64,000 nucleotides of DNA from Paramecium tetraurelia (lineage: Eukaryota). Numbering within the stretch: position 1 is the stretch's first letter; the number at the start of each line of letters is the position of its first letter. The notes below the pieces were generated by a model. The model had not been told where the DNA came from, did not search any database, and was given only the letters and a program-made list of their open reading frames with translations. Position numbers and translations under genes: made by a program. Where the stretch lies: contig CT868061.1 in NCBI GenBank assembly GCA_000165425.1, forward strand, positions 124,001 through 188,000, read 5' to 3'. This document shows positions 38,606-52,137 of this stretch, in pieces.

Positions 38606-40195
38606 TCATGATATATTTGAAGCATTCAATTTATTTCTTTTAGCTTATTGTAGAGAAAATGTGTTTGATAATAAGGGTCTTAGTAGTAATTTGACTTAAT
38701 TATTTTTAGGAGATGTACTGAATTTCTTTCTGTGAGTACTATTTCTAGTTGTAGCTGGTTAATCTTCTAATCCAGTAAGTTAATGTAATTGTTGAAAACT
38801 ATTTTTAAGAGCTTTGGCATCAAATATCAATTTTTGAATTGTATTCTTTTTAAAATTCATGGATTCATTATCTGTATTCATTCCAAATAACTCCATAAAT
38901 TCAGCTAAAATCCGAATCTAAGATTTAAAAGTCTAATTCATAATATTGATTTGATCTTCAAGATTCAAGAATTCTTTTTGATTTGATTTTAGTTTTAAAG
39001 CATCCGAAACATCAATCTTGTTCGCCTTAGTCTTTAGGAAATCTTAAAGACAATCTATTTATTATGCAATATCTTGAAGATTATAGGCTTCCATCTGATT
39101 GATAACATTTTGCTTAATAGTTTCTTCTATTTTACTTATTATTTACTCTGTTAATTCCTTAGCCATAATTGCCTTTTGGTCATCAAAATATTAATAGAAT
39201 TTAGTGATTTATTTTGATGTTTCTTAAATTTAAAGCAAAATGTTTTAGGATTTAAGTCTATTTTCTTCATTTTCTTATTTTAATATAAGGAAGTCCATTT
39301 TGGTAGACTTTTGTAATAATTCATAATCTGTTGCCTTGATAACTTTGCGGAATCCTTCTACATCATTTACACTTTTGTCGACAATGTCTTGTATTTCTTA
39401 GAATTTGGGTAGGAGGAGATTCTGCAATAATGTAAGTTGTGATTGGGTTGCAAATTATTTGGAAGATTCTACAAATTCTTCAAATTCGTGTAATTTAACA
39501 GTTGTAGTTAAGTCTGATAGAATGAACTAAAGGGAAATTTATCAATTACTCAATACATCTTATTTGTTCACAATTGTGTTAATATTAGTATTGGTAAATC
39601 GTTTGAGCTCAATTAGTTACTCACTCACATGATGAAATCTACAATCCAGGAGATCTAATTGTTATAGGGTTAGGTCTTTAGGAGCAAATTTGGCTTAGAG
39701 TTTACTCATATGGTCACTTATCTCCTCTTCGAAGATGGAATGAAAATCCTGAGTACTTATACAAGAATCAAGGGATTGTTGAATTGTTGTTAATTCATTA
39801 TTGAATTGAGCTTAGATTTTGGTGAGATCTTCTTGACGTTCTCGTTTTAATTGACGAATTTCAATTTGAATATCATACAAATCTTCATGACTTGGTTTAT
39901 CTTTAATTTGCTAAGTCAGCTGTTAGAGAACATGATCTTGAGTATTAAATTTATACATGATGGCATCGGTTTGTTGTTTTGATTGATCTCTCAAATGATC
40001 TAATTTTACACTTATTGAATGATTTAATTCTGTAGAGATTTGGCTGATGAATTTACCTTTTGGTTTAAATGATAATTTCTTAGAGTCTTTGTTTTGTTTG
40101 CATTTCCATTACAATAGTCTGTCTGTATCGAATTCAAAGACATCACTCAATCCTAGAATGTACTCAAAGAGTAATGATACTGATTCTTCATCCAT
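38606..40195 (-). CDS. Hypothetical coiled-coil protein
   Basis: Long Q/E/K-rich code-6 frame starting MDEESVSLLFEYILG; at least one micro-intron. Confidence 0.7.
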
Positions 40196-40316
40196 GAGAC
40201 GAGAGATATATATATATAAAGAAATTAATAATTGTTGATTATCTGAAAATTAAGGTTGGGGAAATTACTCAGGTATAATGCTGAATAAGGATTTGATTAA
40301 TATAAATTGCTGACTT

Positions 40317-40670
40317 TCATAATATATTGACTAGATTATGGAAAATAACCCAAATCATTAAGAATAATAACATGTCTGTTCCGATTCCTGAATAATATGC
40401 ATCATAACTGGATTTGAAGTACTCTTTGACTCTGAAATTCATTTTGATTGCCAAACAAGCACTCACTATCAAGAATATTGCAACATAAATTCCAATTCCT
40501 ATCCATCCATCTAATATTATTCATCAATTTCTACCCATTCCCAATATACCTGCTATCATACCAGCATTCAATGATCCATATACTCTAAGGTTTTTAAGTT
40601 GATTGGTGTTTAATTTTAATCGTTCCTAATTGACTTCCAGATCATCCAATTCAACTTTTGGTTCCTCCAT
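40317..40670 (-). CDS. EMC6: ER membrane protein complex subunit 6
   Basis: NTNQLKNLRVYGSLNAGMIAGILGM|DGWIGIGIY...YFKSSYDAYYSGIGTDMLLFLMIWVIFHNLVNIL matches the EMC6/Rab5ip pattern (AGxxAGILG...FWxxxYxLVHxY). Confidence 0.85.
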
Positions 40671-40827
40671 TAATTAATTTATATATTAAATAATATATTA
40701 ATTATTCTCCTCTTATCATTTTTATCAATATATAATAATATGTCTAAATTATCAAGCCATTTCAAATTACCATTCATATCATTTTGGAATCAAAAGCATA
40801 TCAATTAAAAATTTAATTCTATTTTAC

Positions 40828-41747
40828 ATGGATTAAAGAATCTAATAGTTGGAACAATGCATTTTGCAATTGCAATTCTAAATCCTAATTAATAATATAC
40901 AAGTACCCAATGAGACAATCCCAGAATACTTGAGAATTATTGAAGTCCCAGCATTTGTTAAAGCAAAATTAAAATCCATTAGGTTCAATCCTTAATATGA
41001 AGCCAAAGATGCTATCTTCAAAAATGCTACGAATATTGGAATCAATCGAGTTTATTAAGGATATTGGTAAAATGAGAAGTAGAATGGAAGAGGTTAAGAA
41101 TTTAATGATTAGGAAAAAAAATTCTTTTATGGCTATTGGTAAAATGGAGTCTTTGTTTAAGGTTTAATTATAACTGAAAACTTTTTATTTGAAGGAGATG
41201 CTAAGGACGAACAATTTTTGGAAGGGGTTCTTGTTTTTTCTGATAAAAGAGTTTTTAAGGGTAAGTTTGTGCAATAAGCACTAAATGATGATGAGGGAGA
41301 GTATCTTAGTAAGACAGAAAAATACAAGGGAGGATTTAAAAATGGAATGAAGCATGGGAAGGGAAAATTAGAAAATGAGAATTTTACATATGAAGGAGCA
41401 TTTGTCAATGATAAGATTTGTGGTTAAGGAATATTGATAGAAAAGGCAAATGGGTGGAGACAAGAGGGTTTGTTCAATGATGGCAAATTGAATGGTAAGG
41501 GTGTGTACATTAGAAGTTTGGGAGATTATTATGAAGGTATTATTAGATTATATCAAATTAAGGGGATTTCAAAGAAGGTTAGAGACATGGCAAAGGCACT
41601 TTGAAGAGAGATGGAATAATATACCAAGGAAATTACATTGAAGGATTGTTGGATGGATGGGTGTAGATGACTTAGGAGAAGAGGATCTTCAAATGTTTTT
41701 TTGAGAAGGGAGAAGAAGATAAAAATAAAAGATCATTGGTTTAATGA
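40828..41747 (+). CDS. MORN repeat protein
   Basis: Repeated YxGxF/WxNGxxHGKG units (YQGYWQNEKQNGRG, YKGGFKNGMKHGKG, YEGAFVNDKICGQG). Confidence 0.9.
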
Positions 41748-41774
41748 ATATTATATTGTTATTCATTAAAGCAT

Positions 41775-42393
41775 TCAAAATCTCACACAATTTGTAAATA
41801 AGTACTTGACTATTTTGGAAAACACTAAATTTTATATGTCCAAATCTTTTGCATCTTGATTATCTGCCTTGAGTAATGATACCATTTTAGCTATCTCTTC
41901 ACTTAATTTTTCTAGCTTAACACGTTTAGTAAACTATTTTTGTAATTTCTCAAACCTCAAATTAGATTTCACACTCATATACATCAAAATCACCAACACT
42001 ATATATGATTCAAACTATACCTATTAAGTAAAGTGGCAACATCTTTTAGATTATTCTCCATATCTATTTGGAATATTCAAATATAATTAACATCATAGTG
42101 TGATACCATTTCCTTCTATTTCTCAAATCCAATCGCTTTTGATAGTTTAACACTCTCAACTAATAATTCTATTCACTATTGAATTCCTATTTGATAAGTG
42201 TCTCCAACAGAATGTTAACCTTAAACTAATTCAAGTATATCTAAATTGGTGCCCTGCACACTGGACAAGAGTTGTAATTTTGATAGAAGTATTTATTACG
42301 AACACACGGTTTACAAAACGTATGACCACATGTTAAAGTGATTGGTTGTAACAATGTTTATAAACATATTGGACAATCGAAAAGTTGTTGCAT
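41775..42393 (-). CDS. C3HC4 RING E3 ligase with C-terminal hydrophobic segment
   Basis: MQQLFDCPICLQTLLQPITLTCGHTFCKPC...SCPVCR. Confidence 0.88.
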
Positions 42394-42405
42394 AATTAAT
42401 TAATA

Positions 42406-44249
42406 ATGGACTCATTTCTACACACTATTTAGAGTATATAAAACATACTCAATGCACAAACAGACATTAAACACATCAAAAACGCCCTCAAATGCTTGAC
42501 AGATGATTACAAATTGCAACTCAAAATTAACTCTCTTCTCGTACAATCCCTTATCTCATTCATAGTTACTCATCCATCTAAGCCAATAAGATAAAATCAG
42601 AAACGCCTTGAATAAAGATCAATTGCTCTATGACTTCATTCTCAAAACCTGTCAGAACCAATAGAATGCCCTTAATTAGATTTCTTTGGAATCTTTGAAA
42701 TATTTTGGAACTGTTGCCTAGATCGACAAGTATCGAGAAGCCATCGACATTCTTATGAATGAAGGGATAGATTTACCAAATACGTATGTGTTTGCTAATT
42801 AGTTATTCGAATTGCAACGAAATCATCAAAATAGAGAAGTACTTACATTACAGTCATTTTAACAAATAGTTTATGATCATCAAATAGATCTGTAAGGTCT
42901 AACTACTATAGTCTAATCCATATCTACTATTGAAGAAAAACACATCTGCAGTATTATGATAACAATTATAATTCGTTAGTGCTTGATAGTTTTAAATCAA
43001 CTACTTTTGTAGAGAGAATATCATCAATTGAGGACATACTTAAAAGTGATCAAAGTATTTTAACAAGTGAGCAATTGGAGTAATTAAAAACTATTTAATC
43101 CTTTGAACAATAATTCAATAAGTAAGTGAATAAGCAACAAAAAGATAAATTCAAAAATTTCAATCAATTTCTAGAATGGATAGCAAAATAATTGAACATC
43201 AAGGTCTCCATAAAAGAGAACTAATTGCCTCCATAATAGAATTAACAATAAAATTCAGTTCCCATTTTGGTTATAGAGAATTAGCCATCTGATAGAACTG
43301 CCAAAAGTGTGAGATCAACCATTGTTTCAGAGCCATAAAAGAATCCTTTTCATGAGGGCGAAAAAGCTTTGAGGCAACGAGTTCAATTCGAATTGGAAAA
43401 ATTTAAGAGGAGATAATTACCGGATAAATAATATTCTGGACAGTTGGTTTAAGGATACTTGAACATCAATTAGGAAGATTAAAATTAATTAAAGAAGTTT
43501 AAGTTATCTAGTATAAAAAATAAATAAACGCTATTTGATTCTCCTGAGATCTAATTGGGAGTAATTAAGAAATTTATCTTAAAAGAAGAACTCAATTGCA
43601 ACTTTTTAGAATTAACTTTTTATATAGGAAATAAGCGTTAAAAGATCTTAGACAATTGTTCGATGGTTTTTGAGGAACCAAGAGGATTGCAATTTTGGGT
43701 ACCCTAAAATAAAATGGATAGCCAAATCCTAGGTAGAAAGTAATGTAGAATGTCATGTTTGATAGCCTATTAATATAGTCTATTTGAGCCATTGAAAGGT
43801 AAATATAATAAATATGAGGTTAATTTTAATGGATTGAAGATGATAAGGTGTGCGAGGCTGTGTTTATGGTCCCTTGTTTATTGAGTCAATTCATGAATTT
43901 TTTGCCAATAGGAAGGAGGTATTTTAAATACATTTGGAAGGAGAAGAAATTGTTTTGTCATAGATCAGAGATATTTAAATTAAATGAGAAGGTTATTAAG
44001 AGTGTGTTGGATTTTAAGAGGTATATTCCGAATTTGTGCTACTTGGTTGATTTGAAAGATTTTTTGGATGATGGAAAACCGTAATTGAAGGATTTGAAAT
44101 TGGGAGGAGAATTCACTTTATAAGATATACGAGTTAGATACTGGATAAAAATAATAATTAGATAGAATTTGGATGTGGTAGTGAAGGTGATAGGAATGAG
44201 TGATGCCATTCAAATAGTGAAATGTTTGGTGTTCATTTTGAAGGCATGA
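42406..44249 (+). CDS. Hypothetical protein (helical N-terminus)
   Basis: Continuous code-6 coding frame MDSFLHTIQSIQNILNAQ... with micro-introns; ends FILKA-TGA. Confidence 0.65.
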
Positions 44250-44279
44250 AAGATAATTTAATATATATATATTTATAAT

Positions 44280-45742
44280 ATGTAATAAATTGGACACTCG
44301 ATCTTATCAAAATGGTATATAAGTAATTCTATTGCTCCTTAGGTACTCATCAAATTACTTTTATAGAGCACTGTTTCAATATGAAGTGAAAGAAGAGGGT
44401 TATATTATGGGAAAACTTATAGAGAGTAAGGAGGATATTCTGGATGTGGTCATACATACCATTCGTTTTACTTATAGAGAAGGATTCCAAGCATATCAAT
44501 GTCAGAACAGCACTTTGACAACGGATTCTGGATGGGGATGTGTAATTCGAGTAGGATAAATGATGATGGCAGAACTCTTAAAAAGGCATTTGAAGTGTTT
44601 CTATAATGTGAATTTGTTCTAGTTTCCTCCGCTAATGTAGGAGGTCTTGCAGTTATTCAAAGATGATGATGAAATGGAGAGTTTAAAGGTATAGGGGAAA
44701 CCATCAAAGTATGGGTTTTCGATCTAGAAGATAATGAGAATAGCATATGAAGAATGGGGCAAGAAACCTGGAGAATGGTATAGTCCAAATCAGATAGTCC
44801 AGGCTATTTATAAAATTCTATCAGACAATAATATAATTTGTAAGTTTATAATTTAAGAGAAAAGATAGTTGCGGTTTGAGTCTTTTGCCCTTCTATGAGA
44901 GCCAAATAGATCTAAAGGTTATTTTATAAGAGATGTGTGTGATGGAAAATTGCATTTGTGAATAGAGAGTGTTTTTCATTGAGAAATTCTTACAGGATTT
45001 GGTGAGACTGGAGATTAATAAGGAGGAAGTAATTTAGGTTATACATGGGAATGATTCAATTAGTGATGTGTATTACGAGGATCTATCGTAATAGAATAAG
45101 CAGGAGATTGGAATGTTGTTAAAAAAATATGTTTGTTAGAAATGTTTTGTACCAATCAGAGCAGTGGCAATTTGTTTATTAAGTAGAATTGGATGTGATG
45201 AACCTAATCCAGATTACATTTAAGCCATTAGACAATTTATGAAGAAGAAATATTTTGCTGGATTATTAGGAGGTAGACCTAGGGAAGCTAATTTCATTGT
45301 AGGTTTTGTGGATGACAAATTCGTTGTATTGGATCCCCATTTAGTATAATAAGCCAATATGAATCCTGAAGAATATGTTAAATCGTGTTTTCCAGGTGAA
45401 GCTCTCTTTATGAGTGACAAAGAAATTGATTGTTCTCTTGGATTGGTGTTCTATTTGAAAAATGAAGAGGATTTGATTGAATTAATCTATGATATTTAAG
45501 CTCATCAACAAATCAACTTCTTTAGCTTTGCAACAATACAAAATTGGACGTACTCTAAGATTCAGAAAGAAGTAGAACTTGAGAAAATTAAAGAGATGCA
45601 AAATTTCTTAAATGAATTTCTGGTTTAATAATAATAATAAATTCTGAATCTGGATGTCTCAGCTAATCTAGAGGGTTATGAAATTGGTTCCTCCTAATAG
45701 ACACTTGTAAATGATATAGAATATAGTTATGAATAAATCTGA
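44280..45742 (+). CDS. ATG4: Autophagy cysteine protease ATG4 (peptidase C54)
   Basis: RFTYREGF, TDSGWGCVIRVGQMM (catalytic Cys), GKKPGEWYSP, GLLGGRPREA, VLDPH, IDCSLGLVFY. Confidence 0.95.
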
Positions 45743-45807
45743 GATATTTAAATATATCCAGTTGTTTTTGATGATATTAAGATTATTATTACTATTAATA
45801 TTATAAT

Positions 45808-47089
45808 TCATTATTTATAATTGTTTAAAATGTTTGTCAAGAAGGACAACAAGATCAATGAGAATTCTATCGATTAGATTAACTTCTTATTTCCCAAAAA
45901 TACGAACACTGCATATTGAGACAAGACAGCCAAAGTCAATGCTATAAATGCAATTGGAATGTTATCAACCACATTATCATATGTTGTCTATAAGATGATC
46001 ACATTGAAACTCAAAATGAAGCCAAACAATATGAATTACAATGATAAACAAAGTAATTTCAATATCAGATGCCCATACACAACTCCCAAAAGATTCAACG
46101 CTATCATCATACCTATCTAACATAAAGAAACTATTATGTTTATTTTGTATGGTTGGCTTATTAAAGTAGGCAAAAAGGCTCCTATTGTTGTGGCTACGCC
46201 CATCACGCAATAAGTAATGAAAATATACTCACCTTAATAATTGATGTAATTAAGACTCCCTATAGCTGGAGTGAATAACATTATAAATTGGTACATTATC
46301 ATATAAAAATGTTCATCCTTGTACATTCTCTTCTCTTATACTAAAAAAGTGTTGTGGATCACATTCCTTGAATTCATGGCTCCTCTCAAATTTTCCTTTG
46401 AATCGAATTCCTCCTCAACAGTTGAGTATCTTGGAAACCACAAATATGTTCCCACTCCTCCTAAAATGAAAATCAACATTGCGTAAATCAAGCAACCTCT
46501 TTTGTAATGTATATCCTCAGAATCTGATAGATCTCCAATCTTTGGGTTTATTAACAATTGAAGCACCAATCCAAATATCAACCACCCGAATGAAATCCCT
46601 CCCAAAAACTAACAGATGCATTTATCTCTATGTGGATTATTACACCATACCGAAATTAAGTGGATTTTCATTCAACATTGAATCCATAGGATCCAACAAT
46701 ACCAATCCTAACAAAAAAACATAGATATTTGGTAAGATATTCAAAATTAGAGGAATGTCTTTTATGAATCCAAAAAGAAACAAACTAAAAGAATAGATCA
46801 CTATTTATAAGAGGAGTACAACCATCTTCACCTTCCGATTAAAATATTTATTCAAGTACAACTATTCAAATACTTTTTAATTTTTATACTCTTGCAAGCA
46901 TCCCTAAATTCAATTCAACTATTAAGAGGAAGGATTCTACTTTTTATAAGTGGGTTTCCTCTTTATTCTCACCTAATTCATTAAGAGCATAGGTTTTGAG
47001 AATTGTCCAATCTATTGTTATTACGATGACATCATACTTAACGTAGATCCCATTATCATTTCTATGATAAAAGTGCCAATAATTTACAT
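45808..47089 (-). CDS. MFS-type multi-pass membrane transporter
   Basis: Many TM segments; GGISFGWLIFGLVLQLLINP motif resembles oxalate:formate antiporter-like MFS proteins. Confidence 0.7.
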
Positions 47090-47110
47090 AAATAATATAA
47101 TATTAAATAA

Positions 47111-47600
47111 TCATTATAGCATTTTATTGTTTTAATATTGTTACAACAAACTCCATAATTTTTCCTTAGATACTGAGTCTTATTCATCACTGCCACTATA
47201 AGTGATCATTATTTCTATATCTCTCTCAGATAATTGCAATCCTAAAATCATGTGTTTCATTTAATTTACCCCAAAATTCACTTTGCTTCTTTAATTCATC
47301 TTTGCTTATCTTTCCAGAATTGGTGGTGTCCATGATTTAGAAAATCATTTCGAAATTTTCATAGAGATTGTAGTTGAAATTAAATTATTCTGTAAATTGA
47401 TTTAGGTCGAGCTAATTCCCTCTTAGATTTTCTAGTTTCTTTACAAGCAATTCACAATTCCTATCGAGTCCTGTGGTTTATAGAATTTCTAAGAATTCGC
47501 TCACATTCAATAGGTTGGTTTCTGGCGATTTGAATTCATTGAATATTTCCATGATTTCTTATTGCTACTTCTGTAACATGGGTTTGTCTCCTTAATTCAT
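47111..47600 (-). CDS. Small degenerate EF-hand/centrin-like protein
   Basis: QQEIMEIFNEFKSPETNLLNVSEFLEIL and LSERDIEIMITYSGSDEQDSVSKEKL resemble EF-hand pairs; internal splice structure is uncertain. Confidence 0.5.
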
Positions 47601-47708
47601 TTATTTTAATAATTATTTAATTATATTAATTATGAGTAAATTTAAGTAATTCAGAGTTGCTTCATCAATGTCTCCCCATAAATACGTTTTTAAATTATAA
47701 ATAAATAA

Positions 47709-48760
47709 ATGAAATATTATAAGCAAGGTCAATTGCTTTGTTACATCGGAACATGGATGCCTTTTGTTATATTAGTCACAATATTTCTATTCTTCTACGG
47801 AGTGTATATGTAGGTATATGATGCCTATTAATGTTCAAGACCTACTTGTTGCCCAGAATAAGATCGGAGTACATTGAAAAACCAGTGGTAGAAATAAACA
47901 CTTACTTGATTCAATTAGTACACATCAATGACTATGTCTTCAGTAATTCAACTGTGGTAATTACAGTATTATTGCATACAATACTTGTTCTCTTTTTAAT
48001 TACATTAATAAGAGTAGTAACAACATTGCCTGGGAAAGTACCTAAGGAATGGCTGAACAGAGTGGAGGGAGAGATTAACAAGATGATTGAGAATGAGGAG
48101 AACATGATCAATTTTCACAAGAAAAGGATCATAGACATCAACATCCTTCTCTTCAGAAATAGATGATGAACAACGATTGTAATTGAATTCAAAAGCAAGG
48201 TTGGAATTGATAGATAAGTCTGGACATCGGTTCTGTAAGAATTGCTAGGCATTCAAACCGAAACGTTGTCATCATTGTCGTCAATGCAAGACATGCTGGT
48301 TGAAAATGGATCATCATTGTCAATGGCTTAACAATTGCATAGGTTACAATAATTATAAAATGTTCATCAATTTGCTTGGTTATTCATGTATAAGATACAT
48401 TATATCTAGGGTTGCTTATAAGTTTTATAATGCTAACTTACAGTCGTTGCTATTATGACACTCTATATTCATATTCATCTGATAGTAAACTATTCCTGGT
48501 TTCCTTCACTTTTTTGTATTGTTGTTTCTTATGGATACTTTTAACGGCCTTCACGTTTTTCCACTTATGGTACTCTAATTCATTATAATGAGATCAATAG
48601 GGCTATCAAATCCAACATCACAACCCTTGAATATTGCGAGAATAAACCCAGACAACCAGTTCAGAAGAGTGCTTTAGAGAATATTGTTGAAGTGTTTGGC
48701 ATCAATCCTTTAATTTGGTTCTTACCAATTTAACCAAATACGAAACCAATATTGGATTGA
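47709..48760 (+). CDS. DHHC palmitoyltransferase
   Basis: [53 protein letters not shown]; apparent +1 frameshift near 48122-48126. Confidence 0.92.
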
Positions 48761-48808
48761 AAAAAAGATAAATAAATTTACATAATCATATAATTATATT
48801 TTTACAAA

Positions 48809-49428
48809 ATGGAAAAAATAGATATATTAGTTAAAGTGGTAATCATTGGAGATACAACAGTGGGAAAGACAAACATTATGACGCAATATTGTGATACTAA
48901 TTTTAAAATGAACTCTCTTCCTACAATCGGAGCTGATTCCAGAGTAAAGATGATTTAAATGAATGAAAGAGAAACTATAAAAATGATGATATGGGATACG
49001 TGTGGTCAAGAGCGTTTCAAATCCATTACAAAAAATACATTTAAAGGTGCATAGGGATTTGTGTTGGTGTATGATATTAACATCAAAAAGCACTTTTGAA
49101 CATGTGGAAGGTTGGCTAGAAGTAAAACTTAATTTAATCTAAGTCAATTAAAGACAACATTGATACAAATACAGTTTCGATTGTTTTGGTTGGCAATAAG
49201 TCTGATCTAGATGAATTGAGGCAGGTTTCAAGAGATCAAGGACAGACTTTGGCCAATAAACATAATCTCAACTTTTTTGAAACTTCAGCCAAGTTGGGAA
49301 TTAATTTGAGTGAGGTTTTCATTTCACTTGCTAGAAATATCAGGAAAATCATAAACTCAGCAAATAAAGACACCGAGATGTTAACTACAGATAAAACTAA
49401 AGCTTAAAAGAAGAAAGGGTGTTGCTGA
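48809..49428 (+). CDS. Rab-family small GTPase
   Basis: GDTTVGKT, PTIGAD, WDTCGQERF, VGNKSDL, ETSAK, C-terminal GCC; apparent +1 frameshift at ~49079. Confidence 0.92.
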
Positions 49429-49452
49429 TATTCAATATACTAAATTAATTAA

Positions 49453-49914
49453 TCATTATGAAAGAATATTTTCTCTGCAAGTAGGACATTCTGGTTTTCT
49501 CAAAATCCATTCTTTTATGCAATCGTTGTGGAAATAATGATTGCATTATAGAATTTTAATTAAGATTTTCTCGTTTATCTCTAACAAACAAATTGAGCAT
49601 ACTCTACTTTGCTTATAATATATTTACTCTGACTCAGTAATTTCATCCACTCCAATCAGAATAGGAATGTCATCAAACAAATTCTTTGGTGTCTACTCTT
49701 TCAACACTTTTAAGTTTGTAGGTTTCAGTTAGGGGAATTGCAATAAATTTAGGTACATGAAATTCTTTGTAAGGAAAGATTTTTTCAAAGACTCTATGTA
49801 ATTGTTTCCCCAAAAGTATAGAGATTGTTGACTTATTGGCTTATGAATCTTTTTTTTAATTTCACAGACTTTGTCTTATGAACTGTTGGATAACTATTAT
49901 TTTTTTTGATTCAT
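49453..49914 (-). CDS. RING-H2 finger protein
   Basis: CSICLLEI...LQCNHYFHNDCIKEWILRKPECPTCR; 462-nt ORF. Confidence 0.9.
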
Positions 49915-50009
49915 TTGAAAATTTATTTTCTCACATTTTTTTACTAGAATTTGATATAAATAAAATATAAAACCTTAAATTCATTACCAAACTTTTTAAT
50001 ACAATTTAA

Positions 50010-50509
50010 TCACAATAATAATTATAATTCACTAGACAAATCAAGAATTTATGATAAGTATTAAATTTTCTAATTGTCCATGTATTTCAAAGACTGCTGT
50101 CTATGTTACTGCAATTCGCTACTTAGCTGTTCAATTATCTTATCCCTATTTCGCAATAAATTCTGACAATTCTATATGTCTTGAGCATATTGATTCTTTA
50201 ATTTGGCCACTTCCTACTCCTTCTCCAATTACAAAGCATTCAAATACTCCTTCTAATATTGTTTTTCTGCTTCCAAATCCTTCTAACTCTACTCAGTCTT
50301 CACCTTATTTGCTCCTTAACTTTACTAACTATATTGCAATATCTCTTAATCCTTCTTGCTCACCTCCTTTGTCAACAATTACAACTTTGTATTTAAGTAA
50401 TTGATCTGATCTCATTACTCAATATTATTACTTTCTATTCATACACCTATTACATCAATTGAATCTCAGCCTACTTCAACTCCTCCAAACGTGCAATCTC
50501 TGAGTTCAT
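50010..50509 (-). CDS. Hypothetical coiled-coil protein
   Basis: MNSEIARLEELKQAEIQLMQQVYEQK|INYLNTKL..., one 26-nt intron; start uncertain. Confidence 0.6.
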
Positions 50510-50619
50510 CCTATCGTTATTTAAATTAAATTATATTTTTGAAATCCTTACTATTTTTCCCTTTTGATCATCCAACACGAAAAAACAATTCAATATAAAT
50601 TAAATATTCCTATTAATAC

Positions 50620-51603
50620 TCACTATTTTAACATCCTCGTCCAATCGTATGATTTCCATATTAATTAAAATGCGTCATTCTCTTATTTGGCTTCCTACTC
50701 AGTTCTTGGCTTCGGACTCAAAACATTTGATTTCTCGACACTCAGAATCGATGCCAATATCTCTCTAGCAAAATTCGATGAAAAATTATTCTCATTCTCA
50801 ATCACATGAGCATATCCCAATTTTAAACTGAAATCTACATAAAAATATGCAAATCCTTTTGGAATCTATTTCCTTATGCCTCCCTTATTCTTTTGAATTT
50901 CAATGATCTTTTTGTGAGTAGCCCAGAATCCATCTAATTCATCCATCCCTTGTTTGAAATATAAATTTAAATTAGCCTCCTTGCTAATCTTATATGGTAT
51001 AGCAACACATTCAATAATTGCATGAGGGACATATTTAAACTTGAAAGCATTCTCATAAAATATGCACTCCAAGTTTGCCTTATCAAATGCTCCAACCAAA
51101 CATTTTTAAAAGTTTCTGATCTCTTCATAAGTCTCATCTTCCACATCTCTAATGCATTAAACATGTTCCATTGGCACTATCAACAAGTGAGTGTAAGCAT
51201 TATAAAACCCTTTAAATAGCACAATTATGATTTACTTTATTTTGGCAACACTAGCATCACATTGTTGCTTTGACTTAGAATGTAATATTGACTTAATTTC
51301 TCATTGCTCAAACAAAACTCGCATTCAGAAATCGCCTTCTATTATTATCTTTACTAAAACAGCATTTCGCCCTTCTTTTAATTTTCCTTGTTCTTTTCCT
51401 ATTTAGTTTTTTGATGATCTGATTTTTGATCATCATCCTCTAAGTCATCAAATTGTAGTCCTTTCTCCTTAATTCTTTATTTGTGCAATTGATCATCCAT
51501 AATTCTAACTTTCTCTATTAATCAACAATAAGTAATTACTCTATCTAACAGGTTCCTCAATTTCATCTTCATACACCTTACGTACTTTCACTCCTTTAAG
51601 CAT
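50620..51603 (-). CDS. CWF19L2: CWF19-like splicing factor (CwfJ C-terminal domains)
   Basis: CEFCL, HLLIVPMEH, CIFYEN, HAIIECVAIP, FWATHKKII, FAYFYVDF...GYAHVIE, WKSYDWTRML. Confidence 0.85.
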
Positions 51604-52137
51604 TTATATTAAAATAAAAATAATATTGATATAGACAACCCAAGTTTCAATATTAAATACATACAATAAGTGTATGAAAATGTAGCTGATAAGATGATCA
51701 ATATACTGTCTAAATATATTTGTCACTCTATCTAAAACTCATATTTAAAGACAATAAAGATTGATATGTAAAATTCATTATGATATTGTAAGGTTGGCTA
51801 TAGGTTCGTGTGGTTATTTATAGAATGTAAATAACATATATTTGGAAAGTGCCTGCAGTTACAAGAAGATTAGACATGAGCAGTATATTATGTAAAGAGT
51901 ATTTAAAATGTCTGAAAATGAGGAACCTCTTTACTAGTTACATTAATTAATGCAAATTAAAAAGCTATTATTTATTGTTGTTTGAAAATGGGATAACCAA
52001 AGAAAAGTATTGTAGAACTTAGGAATTCAGTACTAGATCTTGAATAATGTAATTGGGATTAATAATTATTAAAAATGATTTATTTTATAATCCAATTTTG
52101 TATGTTAGAAATAATAATATATATTATATAATTTTAT

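Noticed and set aside
50051..50414. Possible KOW/KIN17-like Gly-rich reading on the minus strand, and the 117-aa + strand ORF
   Set aside because: The Gly-rich frame contains an in-frame TGA; another minus frame gives a clean coiled-coil protein, and the + ORF is its antisense.
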